Shown: positions 9,997 to 20,090, numbered from the stretch's first letter. The stretch is 64,000 nucleotides of DNA from an uncultured delta proteobacterium (GCA_963827685.1 CAWHBU010000003.1:64001-128000), one strand, 5' to 3'. The notes: generated from the letters alone by a model not told the origin. A program made the numbers and translations.

Positions 9997-10844
9997 AAGG
10001 AATTTCTTATTACCCAGGATGCTCCCTCCAGGGAACAGCCGGGGAATATGACGATTCGATTCGAGGCGTATCAAACCTACTCGACATCCAACTCCATGAA
10101 TTGGAAGACTGGACTTGCTGCGGTGCCAGTTCGGCCCACTGCACGGATGAGGAGTTGGCGATCGACCTTGCGGCCCGAAACCTAGCTATTGCAGAAAAGA
10201 ACGATCGGGAACTTCTTGTCCCATGCGTAGCGTGTTACAGTCGATTCAAATGGGCTGAGAAAGAGTTCAAGGAACATCCGGAGAAAATACATTTTTCGTA
10301 TCGAGGCAATGTTCCCATACGATATGTCTTGGACTTTTTCTGTGAGGGGCCTCTCTTAGAAGAGATCAAGAAAAAGATTACAAAACCTCTCTCCGGACTG
10401 AAGGTCGTCTGTTATTATGGATGTCTTACGGTTCGGCCTCCGAAAATGACAGGTATCAAGGAATACGAAAACCCTCAACACATGGACCATCTCATGGAAT
10501 TATTAGGCGCAGAGCCCATTCCTTGGTCCTATAAAGCAGATTGTTGTGGGGCTAGTCTCGTCATGACTCGTACAGATATCGTCAGAAGACTGAGCGGCAA
10601 ACTCCTGTCGATGGCTAAGGAGGCAGAGGCTGACTGTCTGGTCACTGGCTGTCCGATGTGTCATGCCAATCTCGACACTCGTCAGGATGAATTAGAGAAG
10701 GAAGCTGGAGAAAATTTTAATCTTCCTATCCTCTATTTTACAGAATTAATAGGATTGGCTTTGGGGCATAAAGATGCAAAGAAATGGTTGGGCCACCATA
10801 TCACAGATCCCATTAAAGTATTACACGCAAGAGGGTTAATATAA
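9993..10844 (+). CDS. hdrB: Heterodisulfide reductase subunit B
   Basis: YYPGC, WTCCGA, YYGC, CCGA, CPMCHANLD CCG motifs; GTGA overlap with hdrC. Confidence 0.94.
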   Translation: MKGISYYPGCSLQGTAGEYDDSIRGVSNLLDIQLHELEDWTCCGASSAHCTDEELAIDLAARNLAIAEKNDRELLVPCVACYSRFKWAEKEFKEHPEKIHFSYRGNVPIRYVLDFFCEGPLLEEIKKKITKPLSGLKVVCYYGCLTVRPPKMTGIKEYENPQHMDHLMELLGAEPIPWSYKADCCGASLVMTRTDIVRRLSGKLLSMAKEAEADCLVTGCPMCHANLDTRQDELEKEAGENFNLPILYFTELIGLALGHKDAKKWLGHHITDPIKVLHARGLI

Positions 10845-10884
10845 TCGATTGCTTCAGGGTTTATGGGAGCATACATATACAAGA

Positions 10885-11022
10885 AAATTCCAAATACCAA
10901 GCGCCAAATTCCAAACAAGCACCAATTTTCAAAATGCAGAAGTTCCAAACAGACTGAAAGTTTTGAATTTGGAAATTAGAATTTGGGATTTGTTTGGGAT
11001 TTGGATATTGGGATTTTGGATT
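10885..11022. repeat. Long period-7 repeat hairpin (AAATTCC / GGATTTG)
   Basis: aaattccaaataccaagcgccaaattccaaac ... gaatttggaaattagaatttgggatttgtttgggatttggatattgggattttggattt. Confidence 0.85.
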
Positions 11023-11057
11023 TAAAACGACTGAAAGAAAGGCCTGCGGAGTCAGGA

Positions 11058-14000
11058 ATGATGAAAACCCAAATGCAAGACAAGGTTGTAGATAAAATAG
11101 GCGCCGTGATGGTCGTTGGAGGGGGCATCGCGGGAATCCAATCCTCCCTTGACCTTGCCGAATCCGGTTACTATGTCTACCTTGTGGAAAGCTCGCCTGC
11201 CATCGGTGGGGTAATGGCCCAGTTGGATAAAACCTTTCCAACGAACGACTGCTCTATGTGCATCCTTTCCCCCAAATTAGTTGAGGCAGGCCGACACCTC
11301 AATATTCAGACCCTCACTTACTCCGAGGTGGTAAAGGTAGAAGGAGAGCCCGGAAACTTTGAGGTCACGGTAAGAAAGAAACCTCGTTTCATCGATCCCA
11401 CAAAATGCACGGGTTGTGGAGAATGTCCACAGGCCTGCCCTGTTCCTATCAAAAGTCAATTCGATGAAGGATTGGTAGATCGAAGAGCCATCTACAGGCC
11501 TTATGCACAAGCCTTTCCCAATATTTTTACCATTGAAAAAGGAGACCGAGCTCCTTGTGGTCTCACCTGCCCTGCCGGGATCAATGTTCAAGGTTATGTG
11601 GCTCTGACTGGAGTCGGTAAATATAAAGAAGCCCTGTCACTGATCTGGGAGAATCTCCCTCTTCCAGGGGTCTTGGGCCGGATCTGTCCTCATCCCTGTG
11701 AAAAGGAATGTAATCGCAAGGATTTGGATGAACCCATTGCGATCTGTGAATTAAAACGATTTCTTGCGGATCGGGTCGAGACAGAGATTCCCATCAAAAA
11801 GGACGAAGCTAAAGAGGAACGGATAGCCATCGTGGGCTCTGGACCAGCCGGTTTGACCGCCGCTTCATTTTTGGCCCAGAAAGGATATCCCGTTACCATT
11901 TTTGAGGCCCTGCCAGTCATGGGAGGAATGCTCTATGCAGGTATTCCTTCTTATCGTCTTCCCAGAGATATTTTAGAGGAAGAGATTAAGACGATCCAAT
12001 CCCTCGGTGTGGAGATCAAGACCAATTCCCCCATCGGCCCCAATCTCACCCTCGACAATCTTTTTAAACAAGGATACCGAGCTATCTTTCTCGCTGTGGG
12101 CGCTCACCTCGATCAAAAACTGAATATCCCCGGAGAAGAAAATCCCCATGTGATTCCTGGTGTGGTTTTTCTCCGAAAGGCTAATCTCGGTCAGAAGGTT
12201 GAAGTGGGGGAACGAGTTGCAGTGATCGGAGGCGGAAATGTGGCCATCGATGCAGCCCGCACAGCCCTGCGAATGGGTGCCAAAGAGGTAACCATCATTT
12301 ATCGTCGATCTCGGAATGAGATGCCCGCCTATGAGGACGACATTGAAGAGGCAGACGAAGAGGGAATCAAGTTCCAACTCCTCGCCGCTCCCACCGAGGT
12401 CGTCTCCAAAGATGGGAAGGTTACTTCTCTCCGATGTATCCGGATGGAATTGGGTGAACCGGATGCATCAGGAAGAAGACGTCCCATTCCGGTTCAGGGA
12501 TCAGATTTTTCTGTTGAGGTAGATACGATCATCCCTGCCATCGGCCAGACCCCTGATCTCCTCTTCATGAGGGGAATGGAAATAAAAACAACTCCTCAGG
12601 GTACGATTAAAGTGGACCCCATTACTCTTAAAACCTCTAAGGAAGGTGTCTTCGCAGGAGGAGATGCTGTTTCCGGACCTTGGATTGCGATTGAGGCAGT
12701 GGCTGCAGGGAAGGAAGCAGCCATCTCTATCGACCGATACCTCCGAGGGCAGGATCTTTTTGAAGGAAGGCCAAAACCCAAACTTGAAAAGGCTCGATTT
12801 GAAGAGATCTATGCAAACCAACCAAAAGCCCTGAGAGAACGGATGGAGAGGATTCCCTCTGAGGAAAGGCGAAAAAGCTTTTCAGAAGTAAAGAAAGGCT
12901 TCACGGAAGAACAGGCAAAGAGAGAGGCCCTTCGATGCCTCAATTGTGGACTCTGTTCCGAATGCCTCCAGTGCGTCGCACTCTGCAAGGCAGGGGCAGT
13001 CAATCACCAGATGAAAGAAGAAGTTGTGAATTTCCGGGTTGGTTCTATCATTTTGAGCCCCGGGTTTGACGAATACGACGCAAACCGACTGGTCCCTTAC
13101 GGATATGGTCGATTTCCGAATGTCATTTCCAGCATTCAATTTGAACGGATTTTGAGTGCCTCAGGTCCCTTTCAAGGAAATCTCTTGAGACCGTCAGACC
13201 AGAAATCACCCCAAAAGGTGGCCTGGATCCAATGCGCAGGCTCAAGGGATATGACCGGAAACGGCGGGAATGAATATTGCAGCTCCGTCTGCTGTATGTA
13301 TGCCATTAAAGAAGCGGTCATTGCCAAAGAGCATCATCGCGAGGTGGAACCCACCATCTTCTATATGGATATCCGCGCTCATGGGAAAGATTTCGACGCC
13401 TATTATGAAAGGGCAAAGAAAGAATATGGTGTCCGGTTCATCCGCTCAATGGTCTCCCGAGTGGCAGAAAGGCCGAAGACAAAAAATCTGATCATCAGCT
13501 ATATCGATTCTGAAGGTCGGTTCAAGGAGGAAGGGTTCGATCTCGTCGTCCTTTCTGTAGGATTGACACCCTCTGAAGGTGCAAAAGAAATTGCCCAGAA
13601 TCTTGGTCTGCAACTGGATTCCTATGGGTTCTGCAAGACCGAGGAGTTCTCTCCGCTTCAAACCAGCCGGCCAGGCATCTATGTGTGCGGGGCTTTTCAG
13701 GGCCCCAAGGATATTCCCGAGACCGTAGCCCAAGCCAGTGGGGCAGTGGCGAGCGCCTCAAGTCTTCTTGCCGATGTCCGTGGAACTCTCACAAAGAAAA
13801 AGGACTACCCTGCTGAGATAGATGTTAAAGGACAGGAGCCCCGCATTGGTGTATTTGTCTGCCATTGTGGGATCAATATTGGAGGGGTCGTCAATGTCCA
13901 GGAAGTAAAAGAATATGCAAAAGCCCTGGACGGGGTCGCTTATGTCGAAGAGAATCTTTATACATGCTCTCAGGACACCCAGGAGAAGATCAAGAAGGCG

Positions 14001-15527
14001 GTGCAGGAAAACCAATTGAACCGGGTCGTCGTCGCTTCCTGTTCGCCGAGAACCCATGAGCCCATGTTTCAGGAGACTATCCGGGAGATGGGCCTGAATA
14101 AATATCTCTTTGAGATGACCAATATCCGGGACCAATGCTCCTGGGTCCATATGCATCAGCCCAAGGAGGCCACTGAAAAAGCAAAAGAACTTCTTCGGAT
14201 GGCCGTGGCAAAATCCAAACTCTTGCAGCCTTTGAAAGAGCCTGTTGTAGAGGTCACGAAAAAGGGACTGGTCATTGGAGGCGGGCTCTCCGGGATGAGG
14301 GCAGCCTTGGAACTGGCCCGACAAGGACTAGACTGTGCTCTTGTGGAAAAAGAGTCTGAACTGGGTGGGAACCTCCGTCACATCTATCACACCATCGAGG
14401 GCAATGATCCGCAGGGACTTCTCCGAAAGACCATCAGCGAGGTCCTTGAGAACCCTCGAATCCAAGTCTTTACTCAGGCGGAGTTGAAAAGCCTCAGCGG
14501 TTATGTCGGCAATTTCAAATCCATCATATCGACCAATGGTTCTGATAAAGAATTTGAGCATGGAGTGGTCATCGTCGCCGTTGGAGCCAAGGAAAGCACT
14601 CCAACGGAATACCTCTATGGCCAGGATTCACGGGTGATCACACAAAAGGAACTGGAGGAGAAGATCGCTCATCACTTGGACGAGGTGAATCGATGTCGAC
14701 ATATCGTGATGATCCAGTGCGTGGGTTCACGAACCCCAGAGCGTCCCAACTGCAGTCGGATCTGCTGCTCCGTCGCTGTTAAAAATGCATTAAGAATTAA
14801 GGAAAAGAATCCCGATACCAAGGTCACGATTTTGTATCGGGACATTCGAACGTATGGATTGATGGAACGATACTACACTCAGGCAAGAAACCAAGGAATC
14901 GAATTCATCCAGTATGAACTCGATTCAAAACCCGATCTAAGAGCTGAAGGAGGCCTTCTCCAACTTAAAGTCAAAGATAGAATCCTTGGCGAGGAGGTCA
15001 CCCTCCAACCCGATCTCGTCGTTCTTGCGAGTGCCATCATCCCTTACGAAAACGAGGCCTTGGCAAAGATGCTCAAGGTGCCTCTGACGGCTGATGGATT
15101 TTTCCTCGAGGCTCATATGAAGCTAAGGCCAGTCGATTTTGCGACGGATGGCATCTTCTTGGCTGGATTGGCTCACTTTCCAAAAACGATCAGCGAATCC
15201 ATCTCCCAGGCCGATGCTGCGGTGGCGCGCGCCACTGCGGCGATTGCTAAAGGATATGTCAGCGTTCTCCCAACTATCTCTGAGGTGGATCAGACCCGTT
15301 GTCTGGGATGTGGCCTCTGCGAACTGCTCTGTCCCTTCAGCGCTATCCGTGTGGTCGAAACCGAGAAGGGAAGTAAAGCGGAGACGATTGCTGCCTCCTG
15401 TAAGGGATGCGGGGTTTGCAGTGCCAGCTGTCCTCAGAAGGCGGTGACTGTGCACCACTTCTCCGATGAACAGTTGACCGCCCAAATCGAGGCCCTTGTA
15501 CTCGTTAGGGAAAAAGAAGCAGCCTGA
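11058..15527 (+). CDS. hdrA: Large HdrA (HdrL type) with inserted GltD/NfnB-like NAD(P)H:flavin domain
   Basis: GGGIAG, QLDKTFPTNDC. Insert APCGLTCPAG...GRICPHPCE...GSGPAG...GGGNVAID.YRRS. Then a second HdrA half and a C-terminal 2x[4Fe-4S]. Confidence 0.92.
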   Translation: MMKTQMQDKVVDKIGAVMVVGGGIAGIQSSLDLAESGYYVYLVESSPAIGGVMAQLDKTFPTNDCSMCILSPKLVEAGRHLNIQTLTYSEVVKVEGEPGNFEVTVRKKPRFIDPTKCTGCGECPQACPVPIKSQFDEGLVDRRAIYRPYAQAFPNIFTIEKGDRAPCGLTCPAGINVQGYVALTGVGKYKEALSLIWENLPLPGVLGRICPHPCEKECNRKDLDEPIAICELKRFLADRVETEIPIKKDEAKEERIAIVGSGPAGLTAASFLAQKGYPVTIFEALPVMGGMLYAGIPSYRLPRDILEEEIKTIQSLGVEIKTNSPIGPNLTLDNLFKQGYRAIFLAVGAHLDQKLNIPGEENPHVIPGVVFLRKANLGQKVEVGERVAVIGGGNVAIDAARTALRMGAKEVTIIYRRSRNEMPAYEDDIEEADEEGIKFQLLAAPTEVVSKDGKVTSLRCIRMELGEPDASGRRRPIPVQGSDFSVEVDTIIPAIGQTPDLLFMRGMEIKTTPQGTIKVDPITLKTSKEGVFAGGDAVSGPWIAIEAVAAGKEAAISIDRYLRGQDLFEGRPKPKLEKARFEEIYANQPKALRERMERIPSEERRKSFSEVKKGFTEEQAKREALRCLNCGLCSECLQCVALCKAGAVNHQMKEEVVNFRVGSIILSPGFDEYDANRLVPYGYGRFPNVISSIQFERILSASGPFQGNLLRPSDQKSPQKVAWIQCAGSRDMTGNGGNEYCSSVCCMYAIKEAVIAKEHHREVEPTIFYMDIRAHGKDFDAYYERAKKEYGVRFIRSMVSRVAERPKTKNLIISYIDSEGRFKEEGFDLVVLSVGLTPSEGAKEIAQNLGLQLDSYGFCKTEEFSPLQTSRPGIYVCGAFQGPKDIPETVAQASGAVASASSLLADVRGTLTKKKDYPAEIDVKGQEPRIGVFVCHCGINIGGVVNVQEVKEYAKALDGVAYVEENLYTCSQDTQEKIKKAVQENQLNRVVVASCSPRTHEPMFQETIREMGLNKYLFEMTNIRDQCSWVHMHQPKEATEKAKELLRMAVAKSKLLQPLKEPVVEVTKKGLVIGGGLSGMRAALELARQGLDCALVEKESELGGNLRHIYHTIEGNDPQGLLRKTISEVLENPRIQVFTQAELKSLSGYVGNFKSIISTNGSDKEFEHGVVIVAVGAKESTPTEYLYGQDSRVITQKELEEKIAHHLDEVNRCRHIVMIQCVGSRTPERPNCSRICCSVAVKNALRIKEKNPDTKVTILYRDIRTYGLMERYYTQARNQGIEFIQYELDSKPDLRAEGGLLQLKVKDRILGEEVTLQPDLVVLASAIIPYENEALAKMLKVPLTADGFFLEAHMKLRPVDFATDGIFLAGLAHFPKTISESISQADAAVARATAAIAKGYVSVLPTISEVDQTRCLGCGLCELLCPFSAIRVVETEKGSKAETIAASCKGCGVCSASCPQKAVTVHHFSDEQLTAQIEALVLVREKEAA

Positions 15528-15529
15528 TG

Positions 15530-15598
15530 GTGAATTTTTGATTTTAGATTGCCGATTGCCAATTTAAAATCGGAAATTGGAAATCGCAAATCGAAAAT
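15530..15598. repeat. Period-7 repeat hairpin (GATT.. / AAATCG.)
   Basis: gaatttttgattttagattgccgattgccaattt aaaatcggaaattggaaatcgcaaatcgaaaat. Confidence 0.8.
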
Positions 15599-15609
15599 GG
15601 GTGAATGAG

Positions 15610-16365
15610 ATGACTTTCGAACCCAAAATCTTATCTTTTCTTTGTAACTGGTGTGCCTATGCAGGTGCGGATCTGGCAGGGATTTCCAGGTTTCAATATC
15701 CACCCAACACTCGAGTGATTCGGGTGATGTGCTCTGGAAGAGTCGACCCGATCTTCATCCCAAAGGCTTTCCTGGCCGGATATGATGGGGTGATGGTTCT
15801 TGGATGCCACCCGGGAGATTGCCATTATCTGACCGGCAATATTCAGGCTGAGCGAAAGATAAAACTTACCCGAAAACTTCTGAATATGGCTGGTATTGAA
15901 TCGGAAAGACTTCTTCTGGACTGGGTCTCTGCAGGCGAAGGGGAACGTTTTTCCCAAGTCGTTCGTCAATTTATTGAGAAGATGAATCAACTCGGCCCCT
16001 TCCCTCTCAATCAAGAAATGAGAGGAAAACTTCAGGCGGTCCACGCTTCCTTGGAGGGGGAGAAAATTCGGTGGATGGTAGGCAAAGGGCCTGAACTCAT
16101 GGAAAAGGAGAATGTTTATCACGAACATCTCCCTCAGGAGAAGCTGGATGAGATCATCGAGGGAACGATTCGGGATGAATTGATCAAAAATCGGATCCTC
16201 GCATTGATCGAGTCTAAACCGCTGCCGGCAGCAGAGATCAGCCAAACATTAAATCTGAAATTGAATGAGACTCTCACCTATCTGGTTTCATTGGTGGGAG
16301 AGGGGAAAATAGGATTCGATCCATCAGAGGAAGGAAAGATCCCAAAGTATACGCGTAATGTTTAA
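15610..16365 (+). CDS. mvhD: MvhD/FlpD [2Fe-2S] subunit (Cys form) with a ~120-aa C-terminal extension
   Basis: FLCNWCAYAGAD, RVMCSGRV, GCHPGDCHY motifs; the tail ends in an HTH-like segment. Confidence 0.9.
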   Translation: MTFEPKILSFLCNWCAYAGADLAGISRFQYPPNTRVIRVMCSGRVDPIFIPKAFLAGYDGVMVLGCHPGDCHYLTGNIQAERKIKLTRKLLNMAGIESERLLLDWVSAGEGERFSQVVRQFIEKMNQLGPFPLNQEMRGKLQAVHASLEGEKIRWMVGKGPELMEKENVYHEHLPQEKLDEIIEGTIRDELIKNRILALIESKPLPAAEISQTLNLKLNETLTYLVSLVGEGKIGFDPSEEGKIPKYTRNV

Positions 16366-16373
16366 GTGGTTTT

Positions 16374-16408
16374 GTTTTAAGTTTTAAGTTTTAAGTTTTA
16401 AGTTTTAA
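16374..16408. repeat. Perfect tandem repeat (GTTTTAA)5
   Basis: Five exact heptamer copies between mvhD and hdrA. Confidence 0.95.
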
Positions 16409-16440
16409 GTCCATCGTTCATAGTTCGGAGTTTCTAAATT

Positions 16441-19400
16441 ATGGAAGCGGCGATAAAAATAGAAGAGAACAAAAAGCAGCAGCCCATCGGGGCGGTCATG
16501 GTGGTTGGAGGCGGGATCGGTGGAATGCAAGCCTCTTTGGACCTGGCGGAGTCTGGGTTTTATGTCTACATGGTAGATAATTCCCCAACGATCGGTGGGG
16601 TGATGGCCCAACTCGACAAGACCTTTCCGACCAATGACTGTTCGATGTGTATCATGTCTCCGAAATTAGTGGAGTGCGGGCGACACTTGAATATCCGCAT
16701 CATTGCTAATGCAGAAGTAGATGGTGTGGCAGGCGAACCAGGCCGATTCACAGTGACCCTCACTCGAAAACCGAGATATATCCATTTCGACCGATGTACA
16801 GGTTGCGGCGAATGTGCCAAACACTGCCCGGTGACTGCGATCGATACTTATAATGAAAGAATGAGCAGAAGAGCGGCCATTTATATCAAATATCCTCAGG
16901 CTATCCCCAAGGTCTTTCTCATCGACAGAGAAAAGTGTATTGGGTGCGGGTTATGTGAGAGGGTATGTCTCGCCAAGGCGGTTAATTACGGGGACTCTCA
17001 GACCGAGGAGAAGATCGAGGTGGGTTCGATCATCCTGGCACCAGGCTATGAGGTTTTCGATGCGCATCTTCGACAGGAATTCGGTTATGGGGTCAATCCC
17101 AACGTCGTCTCAAGTATTGAGTTCGAAAGGCTGTTGAGTGCAACAGGACCACACCGTGGCCACCTCCTCCGACCCTCAGATGGAACTGTTCCAGAGAGGA
17201 TCGCCTTCATCCAGTGTGTTGGTTCCCGGGATTCTAATTGTGGAAACGATTACTGCTCTTCTATCTGCTGCATGTACGCAATGAAAGAAGCCATCATCGC
17301 CAAAGAGCATGTGCACTTCGTCAAGCCCACCATCTTCTATATGGATGTCAGGGCCTATGGTAAAGGATTCGATGCCTATTATGAAAGAGCGAAGTCCGAA
17401 TACGGTGTTCGGTTCATCAAGTGCATGGTCTCCAAAGTAAGGGAGCAGCTTAAGACAAAGAATCTCCTGATAACCTATTTGAACGAGGAAGGAAATTTTG
17501 TGGAGGAGGAGTTCGAACTCGTCGTCCTCTCTGTAGGAATGGTTCCTTCTAAAGGGGCCATAGAGATGGCCAAGAGGGTGGGTGTGGAACTGGATAGCTA
17601 CGGATGGTGTAAGACGAGACCTTTTGCGCCCACCTCTACCTCAAAACCAGGCATTTATGTGTGCGGAGCCTTTCAAGGACCGAAAGACATCCCCGAAACT
17701 GTTTCTCAGGCAAGCGGTGCTGTGGCCGATGCGACGGCGATGATCGCTCAATCGAGGGGAACCATCGCCGCCAAGAAAGAATATCCTATTGAATTGGATG
17801 TGGCTTCAGAGGAACCTCGCATTGGGGTCTTCGTCTGCCATTGTGGGATCAATATTGGAGGAGTGATCAATGTGCCGGGTGTAAAAGAGTACGCCCGCAC
17901 ATTGAAAAATGTCGTCTACGTTGATGAAAATCTTTATACCTGCTCCACAGACACTCAAGAGAAGATTAAGAACGCGATCAAGGAGCACCATCTGAACCGT
18001 GTGATCGTCGCCTCCTGCTCTCCGAGAACCCATGAACCGATGTTTCGAGAGACGCTTCGGGATGCAGGATTGAATAAATATCTTTTCGAGATGGCCAATA
18101 TTCGTGACCAGTGCTCCTGGGTCCACATGCGTCAGAAGGAAGCTGCCACCTACAAGGCCAAAGACCTTGTCCGGATGGCTGTGGCCAACGCCCGGCTGAT
18201 TCGTCCCCTTGGTGAACTGACTGTGTCAGTGGTCCAGAAAGGACTGGTCATCGGAGGAGGAGTGGCTGGGATGACCGCTGCCCTCAAAATCGCTGAACAG
18301 GGGTATGAGGTCTTCCTTCTCGAAAAGGAGGCTCAGCTTGGGGGAAATCTGAGAAACCTCCACTATACCCTCGAAGGTGAAGATGTCCAGGCTTTCTTGA
18401 AGGATCTGATTGCAAAGGTGACAAACCATCCTTCTGTCCATGTCATCACCAATGCACTGGTTGTCGATTTCAGCGGCTCTAAGGGGAATTTTTCCACAGG
18501 CGTGATGGTGGCACCCACTATGTACTATCGGAAGATTGAACATGGAATAACAATTATAGCCACGGGCGCCGAAGAATGGAAACCTACAGAATACCTACGC
18601 GGTCAAGATCCGCGAATTGTCACACAGCTCGAATTGGAAAATCGAATTGTAAATCAACCAGACGAAGTGGCTCGAGCCAATCAGGTAGTGATGATTCAAT
18701 GTGTGGGATCAAGAAATGAGGAGCGGCCTTACTGCAGCCGTACCTGTTGCGCCACAGCTATCAAGAATGCTCTTAAAATCAAGGCATTGAATCCCAATGC
18801 TGAGATCTCCATCCTTTATCGGGATATGCGAACTTATGGCCTCTTAGAATCATTCTATGCTAAGGCCCGCAATGAAGGGATTATGTTTGTCAAATACGAG
18901 CCCGAAGAGAAACCAGAGGTAAAAAAGGATGGACAAGATCTCTCCATCTCATTCATGGACAGAATTTTAAAGGAAAAGGTGGAGGTGAAACCTGATCTTC
19001 TGGTTTTGTCTTCGGCAACCATCCCAAGAGAGAATGAGGAATTGGCAACCATGCTGAAAGTCCCTCGAACGGCGGAAGGCTTCTTCCTTGAGGCCCATAT
19101 GAAGTTGAGGCCTGTCGATTTTGCCACGGACGGCCTCTACCTGGCAGGAGCAGGACATGGTCCAAAGCTGATCAGCGAAAGCATCTCCCAAGCGAGCGCA
19201 GCCGTGGCTCGGGCGTGCACTATTCTTTCAAAAGAAAAGATGTTGGTCGGCGGAGTGGTGGCAATAGTGGAGGGTGAGCGCTGCGCGGCTTGTTTGACCT
19301 GTGTGAGAGTCTGTCCTTATAGTGTGCCGGTGATCAATGCAAAGGGTGAGGCAGAGATTGACCTGGCAAAGTGCAAAGGATGTGGCAGTTGTGCGGCCGA

Positions 19401-19524
19401 GTGCCCGGCCAGAGCAATAGAGCTGATGCACTTCAGGGATCCTCAATTGTGGGCCAAGTGCGAAGCCCTTATCATGGACATAAGCGCAGAGCGCCTGCCT
19501 GCCGGTAGGCAGGGGGGGATTTGA
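16441..19524 (+). CDS. hdrA: HdrA-family polyferredoxin flavoprotein (tandem HdrA, 1027 aa)
   Basis: GGGIGG, QLDKTFPTNDC, IQCVGSR, YCSSICC, GVFVCHCG, EAHMKLRP, several CxxCxxCxxxC motifs. Confidence 0.93.
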   Translation: MEAAIKIEENKKQQPIGAVMVVGGGIGGMQASLDLAESGFYVYMVDNSPTIGGVMAQLDKTFPTNDCSMCIMSPKLVECGRHLNIRIIANAEVDGVAGEPGRFTVTLTRKPRYIHFDRCTGCGECAKHCPVTAIDTYNERMSRRAAIYIKYPQAIPKVFLIDREKCIGCGLCERVCLAKAVNYGDSQTEEKIEVGSIILAPGYEVFDAHLRQEFGYGVNPNVVSSIEFERLLSATGPHRGHLLRPSDGTVPERIAFIQCVGSRDSNCGNDYCSSICCMYAMKEAIIAKEHVHFVKPTIFYMDVRAYGKGFDAYYERAKSEYGVRFIKCMVSKVREQLKTKNLLITYLNEEGNFVEEEFELVVLSVGMVPSKGAIEMAKRVGVELDSYGWCKTRPFAPTSTSKPGIYVCGAFQGPKDIPETVSQASGAVADATAMIAQSRGTIAAKKEYPIELDVASEEPRIGVFVCHCGINIGGVINVPGVKEYARTLKNVVYVDENLYTCSTDTQEKIKNAIKEHHLNRVIVASCSPRTHEPMFRETLRDAGLNKYLFEMANIRDQCSWVHMRQKEAATYKAKDLVRMAVANARLIRPLGELTVSVVQKGLVIGGGVAGMTAALKIAEQGYEVFLLEKEAQLGGNLRNLHYTLEGEDVQAFLKDLIAKVTNHPSVHVITNALVVDFSGSKGNFSTGVMVAPTMYYRKIEHGITIIATGAEEWKPTEYLRGQDPRIVTQLELENRIVNQPDEVARANQVVMIQCVGSRNEERPYCSRTCCATAIKNALKIKALNPNAEISILYRDMRTYGLLESFYAKARNEGIMFVKYEPEEKPEVKKDGQDLSISFMDRILKEKVEVKPDLLVLSSATIPRENEELATMLKVPRTAEGFFLEAHMKLRPVDFATDGLYLAGAGHGPKLISESISQASAAVARACTILSKEKMLVGGVVAIVEGERCAACLTCVRVCPYSVPVINAKGEAEIDLAKCKGCGSCAAECPARAIELMHFRDPQLWAKCEALIMDISAERLPAGRQGGI

Positions 19525-19544
19525 AGGTGGTGAGCGAGGAGACA

Positions 19545-20021
19545 ATGGAGGCAGTTCAGAAAGAATCACAAATCACGAGTTACGAATCACGAGTCACGCA
19601 GTTTGAGCCTGAAATATTGGCCCTTTGTTGTGAGCATTGAGCGTATAGTGCGGCGGACCTGGCAGGTTCGATGAGGCTCAACTACCCTACGAATGTGAAG
19701 ATAGTGAAGGTTCCCTGTACGGGAAGAGTAGATATCCTTCTGATTCTTCGTGCCTTTGAATCAGGGGTGGATGGGGTTTACTTGGCAGGATGTTTGGAAG
19801 GAGAGTGCCACTTCTTGAGAGGTAATCTCAGAGCCAAGAAGCGAGTCCAGTATGTGAAGGGTTTATTGGACGAGGTGGGATTAGGTAAGGATCGTATCGA
19901 GATGTACAACATGAGTTCGGCTCAGGGTCAGCGCTTTGCCGAGATAGCCCGTGAGATGACAGAAAAGATAAGGGTCTTGGGGCCATCACCGGCCAAGAAG
20001 AACGTGAAGCGTGAATCGTGA
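19545..20021 (+). CDS. mvhD: Selenocysteine-containing MvhD/FlpD (UGA at 19638-19640)
   Basis: ATG 19545 with RBS gaggag reads ...FEPEILALCCEH-U-AYSAADLAG in frame into the ORF at 19671. UGA aligns with Cys in CNWCAY of the paralog. Confidence 0.9.
19638..19675 (+). promoter_or_regulatory. Candidate bacterial SECIS hairpin
   Basis: cggacct-ggc-aggttcg stem-loop with an apical G about 21 nt downstream of the UGA. Confidence 0.65.
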
Positions 20022-20072
20022 TTGGTGAATCGTATAAAAAACCGAGTCACGAGTCACGAATCACCAATCACG
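20002..20072. repeat. Period-7 repeat hairpin (CGTGAAT / AATCACG)
   Basis: cgtgaagcgtgaatcgtgattggtgaatcgt ... gagtcacgagtcacgaatcaccaatcacg. The same unit occurs at 19563-19598 and 21758-21840. Confidence 0.85.
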
Positions 20073-20090
20073 TATTTTGGGAGGAAATCA

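Noticed and set aside
10983-11057. N-terminal extensions given by the ORF track (also at 4870, 5985, 7003, 15577, 20022, 48253, 59124)
   Set aside because: They translate intergenic repeats or leaders. Family homology, and usually an RBS, begins at downstream starts.
11100-19200. DNA similarity between the two hdrA genes as a repeat or DGR template
   Set aside because: Ordinary paralogy with synonymous divergence, no adenine-specific pattern and no reverse transcriptase.
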